Shown here one piece after another: positions 39,898 to 49,345 of a stretch of DNA of 64,000 nt. The notes under the pieces were generated by a model. It worked only from the letters and a program-made list of their open reading frames with translations. It ran no database searches and was not told the origin of the DNA. A program made the translations under genes and the position numbers. The stretch is taken from the NCBI GenBank assembly GCA_963677485.1, contig OY781964.1:2464001-2528000 (forward strand). The letters run 5' to 3'. How positions within the stretch are numbered: the stretch's first letter is position 1; each line of letters opens with the position of its first letter. The DNA comes from Armatimonadota bacterium (lineage in GTDB: Bacteria > Armatimonadota > HRBIN16).

Positions 39898-41925
39898 ATG
39901 GCGCATATCACCGTGTTCATCGACGAAAGCGGCAATTTCTTGGAGAAGGAAGAGTGGCTGGTCGCTGGGGTGGCCATCCCGGTCAGGTATAACGACGTTA
40001 GCACCAAACTGCTGGAGAGCAGTATGAGAGGCTTCCCAAAAAGTGTGGGCTTGACCGATCGTTCTGAATGCCACCTTTCGGTGCTGCGGCAGAGGTATAC
40101 CGCCAGTGGGTTACCGCGTGAGCAGACTCCTGAGCAGATCGCTGAGGTGCTTTTGAATCGGTTCGCTCAACACATCCCCAAGTATGTGGTGGCGATGGGA
40201 CGCTCAGGTGGACAGAACGCACGTGAAGAGACGTACAGGCTGCTGCTGCAGGACGTGCTCTGGCTCACCCAATCGGTGTTATACCGTGAGACCGACATAG
40301 AAACCATGGATGTGGTGGTCTCCAGCCGCACCATCGATGGCTGCCTGGCCACCGATGAGCTGGACATCGAGCGTGATGTGCTTCAACCGCTTCACACCGC
40401 CGTACAGCACGGGCTGGTGTCGCTGGGAATGTATGACCTACTGCACCATAAGCGGATACGGCTGTACCTCGTCCAAGCCAACGACTGCTGGGGCACGGTA
40501 GTTGCCGACTTCGTGGCTAACCTGGTTCATAACCGCGGGTATGAGGAGTGCCAGCGGTTGATCGACCGCTACGACGTAGAGCTGTTTGAGTCACTGAACA
40601 GCATGGAAGAACGCCGCGCTTTGGTGGCCGAATCCGATTCGGATATCGGCTCCGCGCTCTACCTGTGGTCGCTGGCGGAATCCAGCCAGCATAGCAGCCA
40701 TACACGAGTGCAGGCAGGTTTTCAACGTCTGGCCGTGCAGATAGTCAACAGCCGTCACGCTCTGGCCCCTTTGTATATCGTGGATGGGCTGATCGAACGT
40801 CTGCATCGGTGCCGGCTTCCGGATGGCGATTCGGGAAGGCTGCGGGCCCTGCAGACCCTCTGCACGAATCTGGAGGAACTCTACCAGCAGAAGGGCTCAG
40901 CGGTTCGGAGCACGGCTCTGGCGTTATACCGCCTCAGGGCCTACATGTCATTGCTGTGCGCCAGGTTAGGCCAAAGCAGCAAGGGGGAGCAGTTACAGTC
41001 CAGGCAGCCGGAGGTGGAGCCTGTCGCTTTGGCGGAACCATCATCACTGGAGTTGCTGTTCACCAATGTCAGCGCACAGGTGGAACTGAAGCTGACCATG
41101 CTGGACTATGAGAATGCGCTTTCTGATGCGCACCGGGCCATGCGGCTGGCGCGGAACCTGCAGGGGCACTGGGAAGGCTGGATGGCAGACATGCGCCGCG
41201 AGGGTGTGATGCCGGACACCAACCTGACGGGCACCATCATCGCCCGTGCTCAGGGGCAGCTTCACCGCGTGCAGGTGTATCACTTAACCCCAGATGAGAA
41301 GGAGAGCCTGCTAGGAGTGGCTCAGGAGATAAGAACATCTGGAGATATCCGCGACCGCGAACGTCAGGTGCTTGTCCATGCGCTGTTGAAGGCCGGGCAG
41401 GCACAACAGGCAGTTCCGCTACAGGTGATGAAGATCGCAAGCGGCAACCACACTCTTTGGGATATCTACTGGCTGCTGCGGGCGATCAACGACAGTGCCT
41501 TGATGGCTCCTGAGAGTCGGCCTTGTGCGGAGTTGATTGTGCAATATGTCATCCCCGCACTGCAGCAAGTTGACCCTGATGGCATCATCATGTCACTGGT
41601 ATTCCGTGAAGCCTGGCTGCTCTGCCAGCTCTACCCAGAATGCGGTCTGCGGGCGTTTGACGGACTTCAGCAGGGGGCAGCCCAGCAGGATGGGCACAGT
41701 GCAGAGCGTCTGATACGGCAGGTCAGTTATGATGTCTTTCCCCAATGGCTGCACGGCCAGCAACTCCCTCTGCAGCACTACCTGTTCAACATGCACGATT
41801 ATCCGCCAGAATCATTGCAACAGGCGATGGCTTATATGACGCGAGCGCAGGAATCTATCGATAAAATGAAACTGGAAGAGCCGTATCACAGGCTGTTGGC
41901 ATTTCGGCAATGGCTTCCGTGGTAA
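39898..41925 (+). CDS. DUF3800-like (RNase H-fold) N-terminal domain fused to a helical/TPR-like region
   Basis: VFIDESGN at the N-terminus and VADFVAN closing the domain; ~450 aa alpha-helical C-terminal part; AGGAG RBS. Confidence 0.7.
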   Translation: MAHITVFIDESGNFLEKEEWLVAGVAIPVRYNDVSTKLLESSMRGFPKSVGLTDRSECHLSVLRQRYTASGLPREQTPEQIAEVLLNRFAQHIPKYVVAMGRSGGQNAREETYRLLLQDVLWLTQSVLYRETDIETMDVVVSSRTIDGCLATDELDIERDVLQPLHTAVQHGLVSLGMYDLLHHKRIRLYLVQANDCWGTVVADFVANLVHNRGYEECQRLIDRYDVELFESLNSMEERRALVAESDSDIGSALYLWSLAESSQHSSHTRVQAGFQRLAVQIVNSRHALAPLYIVDGLIERLHRCRLPDGDSGRLRALQTLCTNLEELYQQKGSAVRSTALALYRLRAYMSLLCARLGQSSKGEQLQSRQPEVEPVALAEPSSLELLFTNVSAQVELKLTMLDYENALSDAHRAMRLARNLQGHWEGWMADMRREGVMPDTNLTGTIIARAQGQLHRVQVYHLTPDEKESLLGVAQEIRTSGDIRDRERQVLVHALLKAGQAQQAVPLQVMKIASGNHTLWDIYWLLRAINDSALMAPESRPCAELIVQYVIPALQQVDPDGIIMSLVFREAWLLCQLYPECGLRAFDGLQQGAAQQDGHSAERLIRQVSYDVFPQWLHGQQLPLQHYLFNMHDYPPESLQQAMAYMTRAQESIDKMKLEEPYHRLLAFRQWLPW

Positions 41926-41950
41926 CCAACTTGTTTTTTGAGGTGTATGG

Positions 41951-42739
41951 ATGTTCGATCTTAGCCACTACCTGAACCCCGAGCGTATCGCATCGGTCAT
42001 CGATGCGGCGATAGCGTTGATTCGGGTGCTGTTGATTTATGCTGTGGTGCGCTGGATACTACTGCGGTTCATCCGGGCGTTTTCTATCAAGATTGCGGAT
42101 GCGGCATTACTGGAAGAACGGCGTGGGCGGGTGAAGACTCTGGGCCGTTTGATTGAGAATGTCACCAACTACCTGATCATCACCTTGATGGTCTTGACCG
42201 CCCTGAAGAGCATCGGGGTAGACATCGCCCCTCTGCTGGCTACCGCTGGAGTGGCTGGTCTAGCCATTGGTTTCGGCGCGCAGAAGCTGGTGAAGGACAT
42301 TATTGGCGGATTTTTCCTTCTGGCGGAAGAGCAATACAACGTGGGTGAGGTGGTGACCATTGGGGCACAGGTGGGAACCGTGAGTCAGCTTGGGATGCGT
42401 GTGACCAAACTGAAAGACTTTGACGGCAAGACGATCTTCATTCCAAACGGTGATGTGGGCGTGGTTGTCAACCACTCACGGCTTGATGGTTCCCGCTGCC
42501 GGGTGAGTGTGAAGTGCAAGCCCGCAGTCGACCCCAAAGCGATTATCGAGTTGATGATTCAACAGGCCACGGCGATGGGCTTTGGGCGTGTAAGCTGCGG
42601 GGTCAGTGCGTTTGATGCCACCGGCATCACCATTGAGGTGACTGGCATGGTTCTGGCAGGCACTGTGGAGCTGCGCGAACGCGAGCTGCGTGCCAAGCTG
42701 TGGCAGAGCCTGGTCGCCATGCCCGACGTGCTGGCGTAG
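41951..42739 (+). CDS. mscS: Small-conductance mechanosensitive channel (MscS family)
   Basis: LLATAGVAGLAIGFGAQKLVKD, GMRVTKL, IFIPNG. Confidence 0.9.
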   Translation: MFDLSHYLNPERIASVIDAAIALIRVLLIYAVVRWILLRFIRAFSIKIADAALLEERRGRVKTLGRLIENVTNYLIITLMVLTALKSIGVDIAPLLATAGVAGLAIGFGAQKLVKDIIGGFFLLAEEQYNVGEVVTIGAQVGTVSQLGMRVTKLKDFDGKTIFIPNGDVGVVVNHSRLDGSRCRVSVKCKPAVDPKAIIELMIQQATAMGFGRVSCGVSAFDATGITIEVTGMVLAGTVELRERELRAKLWQSLVAMPDVLA

Positions 42740-42758
42740 CGGTTGGCCCAGATGTGAT

Positions 42759-42920
42759 TTAACGCAAAGGCGCAAAGGTGCAGGGACGCAAAGTGATGAC
42801 CTTTTGTCTGAACCACGGATTACGCGGATGACACGGATTTCACGGATGGGGAGATGGCTTAAGACCGCGCCTGCTATATACCTTCCTCCTTTGCGCCTTG
42901 CTTCCTTGCGTCATTGCGTT
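42759..42920. repeat. Composite CRCRRAK cluster with inverted outer arms
   Basis: aacgcaaaggcgcaaag...ctttgcgcc..cattgcgtt enclosing aaccacggattacgcggatgacacggat. Confidence 0.8.
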
Positions 42921-42955
42921 GCTAACCGCTAAGAATCTTTCAACAATGAGGTGAG

Positions 42956-43288
42956 ATGATGCCGGATTACATTCCATACATGATTGCACTGTTCATCTGC
43001 TGTGCTCAGGCAGGGTTTCAAACTAACCATGTGTTCCCACTTAGTCGCGCTATGATGGGGATCAAAGAGACCAAGTACCGCAGCAAGTATACGGTGCATC
43101 AACGGCTCACCATATCGTCGGCTTATCAAGTGATCCGGGCAGGTTGCTTGATACTGGCAATGGGGTGCATCAACACCTGGGCAGTGGGCATTCCTATCAT
43201 GGTGGTCGGGCTCATACTAATCGTGTTGGGCTGCCGGATGCAATCTATACTAAAGAAGCGGTTTGGAAGGGTAGACCACGATGCTTGA
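42956..43288 (+). CDS. Small hypothetical membrane protein
   Basis: 110 aa with hydrophobic segments; GAGGTG RBS; overlaps the next ORF. Confidence 0.6.
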   Translation: MMPDYIPYMIALFICCAQAGFQTNHVFPLSRAMMGIKETKYRSKYTVHQRLTISSAYQVIRAGCLILAMGCINTWAVGIPIMVVGLILIVLGCRMQSILKKRFGRVDHDA

Positions 43289-43511
43289 CAGTGCAAACCA
43301 TAATATTGCCGTCGCCTCTCTTATTGCGGTGGCTGTCTACCTCATATATCTGGTGCGTTCTGGGATGTGGCGTGATATCATTGCGCCGCAGAACATGGAA
43401 CGCAGCCACAGGTCTCTGGCATCCACCATCGTCGCCACCGCGGTCTTTGGTATCGCCGCTGTGGTCATCATGTATTTTGGTGCCAATAGTATCTTACCAA
43501 CCATATTTTGA
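43281..43511 (+). pseudogene. 5' part of a small membrane-protein gene, probably interrupted by the adjacent element
   Basis: Two TM segments; same frame as the TM-containing segment resuming at 45141. Confidence 0.5.
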
Positions 43512-45143
43512 ACACGGTGTATAGAATATTCTGATATTACGCACCACACAAAGCGTTAGGCACAACGATCTGGCGAATAGCAAGTGCTGCCATGATGATA
43601 CGCTTGCCAAGTGCAGTGAGGTAGTATTTGTAGCGTTTACCGCATTTTTTAACGAGCCGGAATACTCGGCATCGCTTGATGAAGTATGATATCTGAGAGC
43701 TGGACATCTGCGGTAAGGCTTTTTGAAGCATACGGTTTGTGATCCCGCTGATGCATCCCTCTCCGCGAGCAAGTGCAATGAGACATTCCAAATCCTTCTT
43801 GAGGAAAAGGTTGAATCCTCGATACGAGCGATGATCACGGGTGGTCGAGGTCGCGATTTTGATGATCTGATGTTCACCATCGCTGTTGTCATCAAGGGCG
43901 GAAAGAAAGTCAAGATATCTGTTGTTTGCAGATAATAACAGTTCCCTCAATGGAGGAAGGCTGTAGATGGTCTTTTGCATAGGGGCGTATTTAATCTCAG
44001 TCGTCCCATCATGATGTTCTACCTCACGGTAGTGTTTAAATTCAGAGACGTCATTCACAGTCGTCTCGATACGCAAGATTATCCCTTGCTTGTCATACAT
44101 TTTGATAGAAGCCCATCCCATGTAGTGTTTGATGCGCGTGCCTTGTATGCGGCGATCGAACTTGTAGTCAGTGCCGATCTCAGCGAGTGTTCGCCCATCA
44201 AGTTTCTTACCAAGAAACATCGCGATAGACTCTGGCGTTACCGTATGTATCGCTGTTTTGACTAGATTATCGTAGATGGCTTTGAGGTCTTCGGCGCGTT
44301 TGAACACGATGTCTGTAGCATATTCCACCTGCATTAGCGACCAATGATATGAATTGTCAGCAAGCCGTATCACGGGGCAATACATTCTGGCAAATGCATC
44401 CAGCGCATGGTGCAGCTTATCAGCAGGAAAAGCGTCTGCCAGCCTCTGAGCACAGCTAAAGTCGTCGATTTTTACAAAGGCGTTGTCCAGTGGAGTGAAA
44501 ACTACTCCCTCGGATTGAAGGCAATGCGCGAGATAATTGTGTCCATTACAATAGAATTGCAGACGGAAGGGCACCCAGGTCGGAACTCGTAGATAGCACA
44601 GTCCAAACTCTGCATCGATGAAATAGAAGTAGTAATGAAGACACTTGGTCTCCTTGATATTCAGCCGGGTTTTGTGGGTAATCTTGTCGTGCCACGGGGT
44701 GTATGCAGGACATTTTTCCAACACTGAGAATATGTGGACGAGACCGGGGTGACACCCTCGACTACTAATGATCTCTTTGATGCGGTCTTCTTTTCGAAAT
44801 GAAGAGGCACGGCGTATATACTCAATTTCAATGCTGTTGGTAACGGCAAGGCGTTCCGCATTGGCTTTGATCTCATCTCGTAGAGGTTCGGCAAATTCCT
44901 TAGGAAAGTCAAATAGCCTGATGTTGCGTTGATGAAGATAGATGCCCATTCCGTCGCTATGACACCAGCCTGGGATTGTACCGGTGATAACTATGCGGTC
45001 GAAGCATGAATATACCCCAGCTATCTGCTTTGCATAGCGTTCTTGAAGTGATGTCATTCTGGGCAACCTCACGAAAGGGTGTTTGAATGTATATTACGTG
45101 GCGAATGCAATCATTCCTTTTTTGGTTGCGGCTAAGCCGCCTT
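43494..45143 (-). mobile_element. Putative insertion element without terminal inverted repeats (~1.65 kb)
   Basis: Lower GC than flanks; single large ORF; subterminal hairpin GCGGC-TAA-GCCGC at 45128-45140; CTTA at both junctions; flanks rejoin into a plausible ORF; exact ends uncertain by a few bp. Confidence 0.6.
43537..45072 (-). CDS. Putative transposase/replication-initiator-like protein with C-terminal winged HTH
   Basis: 511 aa (ATG at 45057 likely); CFDRIVITGT, QVEYATD, IKMYDKQG..LRIETT; wHTH GITNRMLQ...YKYYLTALG. Confidence 0.7.
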   Translation of the reverse strand: MRLPRMTSLQERYAKQIAGVYSCFDRIVITGTIPGWCHSDGMGIYLHQRNIRLFDFPKEFAEPLRDEIKANAERLAVTNSIEIEYIRRASSFRKEDRIKEIISSRGCHPGLVHIFSVLEKCPAYTPWHDKITHKTRLNIKETKCLHYYFYFIDAEFGLCYLRVPTWVPFRLQFYCNGHNYLAHCLQSEGVVFTPLDNAFVKIDDFSCAQRLADAFPADKLHHALDAFARMYCPVIRLADNSYHWSLMQVEYATDIVFKRAEDLKAIYDNLVKTAIHTVTPESIAMFLGKKLDGRTLAEIGTDYKFDRRIQGTRIKHYMGWASIKMYDKQGIILRIETTVNDVSEFKHYREVEHHDGTTEIKYAPMQKTIYSLPPLRELLLSANNRYLDFLSALDDNSDGEHQIIKIATSTTRDHRSYRGFNLFLKKDLECLIALARGEGCISGITNRMLQKALPQMSSSQISYFIKRCRVFRLVKKCGKRYKYYLTALGKRIIMAALAIRQIVVPNALCGA

Positions 45144-45287
45144 AGGGTATTCAGTGGTTTGGTTGTCGCCTTGGCGTTGGTCTGGCTGGTTGTGGAGGTG
45201 TCGCCTGGCACATTGCTGAACCCCGCGAAGAAGCTGGATGAAGCAGAGCATCCGACTGGCGACGATGCATCGCCGAACGCCGATTAG
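45141..45287 (+). pseudogene. 3' part of the interrupted membrane-protein gene
   Basis: LRVFSGLVVALALVWLVVEV TM plus an acidic tail, in frame with 43281. Confidence 0.45.
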
Positions 45288-45399
45288 ATGGCAGGATACG
45301 CAAGCAACGGAAGTGAACAGTAGAAGGTAATCGTGACAGAACCACGGGTTGCGCTGACGTTGACCCGTCGCAGCGAGGCTGGTGGTTTGTATCTGAGGT

Positions 45400-45488
45400 G
45401 ATCAGCCACGTTGCCGCGGGTTTTGTCACCCCGTAAACGGGGTTCCCTCACCGCGCGTCTAGTGTGCAAGCTGCCCGCAAGCGGGCGC
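45400..45488. repeat. Solo partial copy of the ~214 bp unit
   Basis: gttgccgcgggttttgtcaccccgtaaacggggttccctcaccgcgcgtctag..gcccgcaagcgggcg. Confidence 0.85.
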
Positions 45489-45572
45489 GGCGGATCAGCG
45501 ATGCGGTCGACATTTCAGATCTGCAAATGACGCAGATGGGCCTGACTGCCATGAAACCGAATGGTCATCAGA

Positions 45573-45980
45573 CGACCCCCGTCCGGGGGTAGGGTTTCGC
45601 GGCCATTTCCAGGGGTATCGCTTCGCTCACCCCTGGCTGTAAGGAATCTTACCCACTCCGTGGGTGCTCGGAGGCTGCGTGGCGGCCTCAGACTGCTTCA
45701 GCAGGCTTGATTGTCAGTAGCCGAGACATTTATGTCGCGGCGGGAGGGCCGCTGGTGTAGGCGCTCCGCCAGACTACCGGGACCGCACCGGTCCTCACCT
45801 AATCTACGCCATCTGTGTAATCTGTGGATATTACCACCCCTTCGTGCCAATCGCTCGTTGCATGGGAACCAAACCGGCGCGGTCTTGGACCGTCTGCCAC
45901 CGCTAGCGATCCGCCAGACCGCCCCGGACATAGGCAGCATATCCTCACCTAATCTGTGCCATCTGTGTAATCTGTGGATA
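45573..45980. repeat. Mosaic of REP-like hairpins and CRCRRAK modules
   Basis: ccaggggtatcgcttcgctcacccctgg; gtagccgagacatttatgtcgcgg (inverted copy near 60320); a GACCGCCCCGGAC element; two atctgtgtaatctgtggata copies. Confidence 0.7.
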
Positions 45981-46000
45981 AAAGCTCCCAAATCCCTGAC

Positions 46001-49000
46001 TCATTTCGCGGGCCAGGCGATGATATCGCCGCCCCAGACGGAGCAGCTCCACCAGCCGTTGGTCACGGCACCCGGCTTCACCGGGGCCTTGGCCTTCACA
46101 CCCTCAATGGCCACCGGAACAGGCCAGTCGGTGGCCCTTAATTGCAGTTGCACTGCGCGGTCGGTGGGCAGCACACGCAGAACCCAGCGGTCACCTTCAC
46201 GGCGGAGCAGCACGCTGCCGTCGGTCTTGATATCGCCGAAGTCCATCATCCTACCGGTGGCGTTGACCGCGGAGCTGACGGGGTGTGGTTCCTCAACGAA
46301 ATCGGTCTTGACCATCTTCAACGTCTTGCCCCCGTCGCGCAACTGCACCGTGCCAATGATGCATCGGCCAGTTTCGTCGCGTTTACCGACTAATGTCAGT
46401 CGACCTGCGCTGGAATACATGCCCACACAGATCTGATAATCGCCGTCGGCCATACCCTCGGGGATGCTGACCTCCAAATCAGGCGAGTTCACGATGCTGC
46501 CTACCTTCCACTTACGAGTAGCCAGCTCCGGCGTGTAGTCGCTTTGGAAGGCGATGTTCTCGATGTTTTTCGCCTGGGGATTGGTGTAATGCACTAGCAC
46601 GTTGCAGTCGGTGGGGATACGGCCTTGCACCTTCCATTGGAACTGGATTTTGAACTTACCTGCGCCGGTCTGCTGGAATGAAGCCACCGATGGCTGCACA
46701 TTCGCCGTGCTGCTTAACTTCCAATCCTCAGGATGCCGGGCGTTCACGAATCGTGAGTTCGGGATTTTGACATCATCATACCGGCCGTCCTGCCCTGTCA
46801 TCAAGCCGGAGATCGCGCGGATATTCTGACCGATCACACACCAGCCGTATTGCGGGATGGTGTCGGTGCCCCAGCGAATTGGCTTCTCAGAGCGGTTCGC
46901 CACCACGGTCACCCCGTTCTTGTAGTTTACCTTCACCGTATCCCATTGCTCGCGCTTGGCGGCGGTGTCAGAATCGACCCATGTTTTGCCATCGACAAGA
47001 TAGCTGATGTCGGTCGGCAGTTGACCGGCGATGGCCTCCGAGATGGGCGTCATGGTGTGGTATTCCAGCCAGGCGAAGGGCAGCTGACCGCATACCATCG
47101 AGTCCAGAAATCCGCAGTGACCGAACGCGACTTCCTGCATGCGGTAGCGGTCGAGGGTCTCCATGCTGGCGGTCGCTTTCGGGTCTATGGTATCCCACCA
47201 GCGGGAATAGTAGCCCATGCCGTGGTTGCTTTGCAAAGGATGGATGCGCAACAGGTCGAAATCCACCAGCAAGGGCACATTCCAGCCTGTTGCCACTTGC
47301 GCTTCAGCACCGTCCAGCAGCCCGCTCCAATACCAGTGGTTACTGCCCTCGCCGAACACCGGGCCCTTGTGGGTATCGCGTTCATACTGCCACAGAGCGG
47401 TACTCTGCAGGCCCATATGGCGCAGCATACCCGCCATAGGCACTCCCGCCTGCATATCGGCGCGCCAACTGGGTGGTACCGAGCTGTTCACGTCCAGGAA
47501 CATTCCGTTGGTGCCGTAGCGCTCGTGAATGATCGGCGACTGCGTCTGCGCCAGAGGCACCATCTGGTCGGGTTTGATGGCGAATGACTGTATCTTGGTG
47601 CCCTCGTTATACCAGGCGTTTTGCTTAGTGCCGTCGCTGTTCAACATGATGTGCTTGAGATCAAACCCCGGGTAGTTCGGGTAGTAGTCTACATAATTTT
47701 CGTGCAGCATCATACGGGCACCGGCCGCCACGCCTTGCTTCACCGTGTTCACCAGCTCTTCGTCGGTGCCCATCCCCGGGTTCGCGGGGTAGTGCAGCGG
47801 AAGGCCGTTATCGTAGCCCATGTTCTGCCAGGCGTGGACAATCGCTGCCGTCTGGTTGATGCCGTATTCGCGCTGCTCCGCCATCAGCTCTCCAATTTGC
47901 GCATACCGGGTGCCCCACAGGTCCAGCACCATTCGCTTGCTGATGTCCTTGATGTTGGGCGATGGCGGGTTAGGTGTGCTGGGCAGCACCGCCTGCAGAT
48001 GCGGTGACACGGTGATGATCGCCGTCTCACGCAGCAGATTGCGGCTGCCGTCGGTCAGTGCTCCATATGTGGCGATATTCCCTGGTAAGCTGGTGGCGTT
48101 AGTGGCCGTCCAGTCGAAATAGCTGCTGCAGAACAGATCCTGTGCACGCAGGTAGAATACGGAATGGTCGAGGTAAGGCACCGCAATCCAGCGCCGATAC
48201 ATCACCGGCATCACCCCGCCGCCATCGAGCGCACGCACCACCGGCTTGTCGCAGCTCCAACTGACGCACAGGCTGTGCTGCTTCACAGACATGCTGGTGG
48301 TGACTGTGGCTTTGACACCGCCAGCATCGAACACGCGAATCCAGTCTGCCCGGTCACCATGGCTCTCGAATACCGACTCGATGAGTTTCACCTCGCGTGT
48401 AAACATCAGCCGTGAGTTGGAGAGCAGAGGGATGGTCCCAGCCTGACTGCCTTTTTCTTGCGCGGTGAGTAGCCCTGCCGCGGAGTCATCCTCAGCTCCC
48501 AGCGGGTTCCATGTGAAAACCAGTTGGGTAGCTGCATGAGGCAAGGTGAATACCGCGCCATTCGCACTCAATTTTGGGCTGGCGGTGCCATCGCCGGTGC
48601 CCGATGGCGGCAGCACATTGTTGGCTCGGGCGGTCGCGTAGACCACCGTGCTGTTTCTTTTTCGAGCAGGTACCGCACGCAAACTAGCCAGATTGCTGGC
48701 CTCAATCCGACGGCTGCCCCACATTGCGCTGTCAAATGAGGTGTCATTTTTCGGTCCTGGGCCGTTGATGAACTTCAGACTGATGGTCTGGCCTTTGCAG
48801 GCGCTGAGGTCGATATCAAAATCCTTCCATTCATTCGTCTTGGCCAGATAGCTCCAGATGCTTTTCCCGTTCAGCTCAATGCTGAACTGCACTCCATCGC
48901 TTTTGCCGACCACGTCCTTGCCTAAGGCCACCGAGCCCATCAGCCGCATTTTGCCAGTCGCGGGCATCTTGATATCAAAGTTCTGCCACTCGATGCCTGC

Positions 49001-49258
49001 GCCGGATGTCCAGGGCTCATGCAGGTTGGTGACAGATCTTCCGAGAACCCGCATTGGTGTCAGGCACATCCCGGTACTCGGTTCATAGGGGCCTACCCAG
49101 CCCATCGTCAGCGTGGCTTCACGCCCGCTGAGCAGGCGATAACCTGTCGTATAAACGCCCACATCCTCAAGGTCGGTGATCTTGTCGATCAACTGTAGTG
49201 GTGCTGCGGAGAGAGCGGCGGAAAGTGCCGCGATAGCTGCGATGAGTGAGTAACGCAT
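46001..49258 (-). CDS. Large secreted putative glycoside hydrolase (DUF5696-like TIM barrel) with NPCBM-like N-terminal domain
   Basis: Signal peptide; SDGVQF (NPCBM-like), WQNMGYDNGLP, LHENYVD, FLDVNS, GPVFGEG. Confidence 0.7.
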   Translation of the reverse strand: MRYSLIAAIAALSAALSAAPLQLIDKITDLEDVGVYTTGYRLLSGREATLTMGWVGPYEPSTGMCLTPMRVLGRSVTNLHEPWTSGAGIEWQNFDIKMPATGKMRLMGSVALGKDVVGKSDGVQFSIELNGKSIWSYLAKTNEWKDFDIDLSACKGQTISLKFINGPGPKNDTSFDSAMWGSRRIEASNLASLRAVPARKRNSTVVYATARANNVLPPSGTGDGTASPKLSANGAVFTLPHAATQLVFTWNPLGAEDDSAAGLLTAQEKGSQAGTIPLLSNSRLMFTREVKLIESVFESHGDRADWIRVFDAGGVKATVTTSMSVKQHSLCVSWSCDKPVVRALDGGGVMPVMYRRWIAVPYLDHSVFYLRAQDLFCSSYFDWTATNATSLPGNIATYGALTDGSRNLLRETAIITVSPHLQAVLPSTPNPPSPNIKDISKRMVLDLWGTRYAQIGELMAEQREYGINQTAAIVHAWQNMGYDNGLPLHYPANPGMGTDEELVNTVKQGVAAGARMMLHENYVDYYPNYPGFDLKHIMLNSDGTKQNAWYNEGTKIQSFAIKPDQMVPLAQTQSPIIHERYGTNGMFLDVNSSVPPSWRADMQAGVPMAGMLRHMGLQSTALWQYERDTHKGPVFGEGSNHWYWSGLLDGAEAQVATGWNVPLLVDFDLLRIHPLQSNHGMGYYSRWWDTIDPKATASMETLDRYRMQEVAFGHCGFLDSMVCGQLPFAWLEYHTMTPISEAIAGQLPTDISYLVDGKTWVDSDTAAKREQWDTVKVNYKNGVTVVANRSEKPIRWGTDTIPQYGWCVIGQNIRAISGLMTGQDGRYDDVKIPNSRFVNARHPEDWKLSSTANVQPSVASFQQTGAGKFKIQFQWKVQGRIPTDCNVLVHYTNPQAKNIENIAFQSDYTPELATRKWKVGSIVNSPDLEVSIPEGMADGDYQICVGMYSSAGRLTLVGKRDETGRCIIGTVQLRDGGKTLKMVKTDFVEEPHPVSSAVNATGRMMDFGDIKTDGSVLLRREGDRWVLRVLPTDRAVQLQLRATDWPVPVAIEGVKAKAPVKPGAVTNGWWSCSVWGGDIIAWPAK

Positions 49259-49345
49259 ACTGCCCCCTTGGTTCGTGTGGTGTCTGCTGTAAGTTTATCG
49301 GTTCACAAGGCGTATTCCTGCAAATGGATTTATTAGCGGGTTTAT

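Noticed and set aside
43494-45143. Classical DDE IS with TIRs and TSD
   Set aside because: No terminal inverted repeats or DDE motif found by eye; CTTA as a 4-bp TSD would not restore the flanking reading frame.
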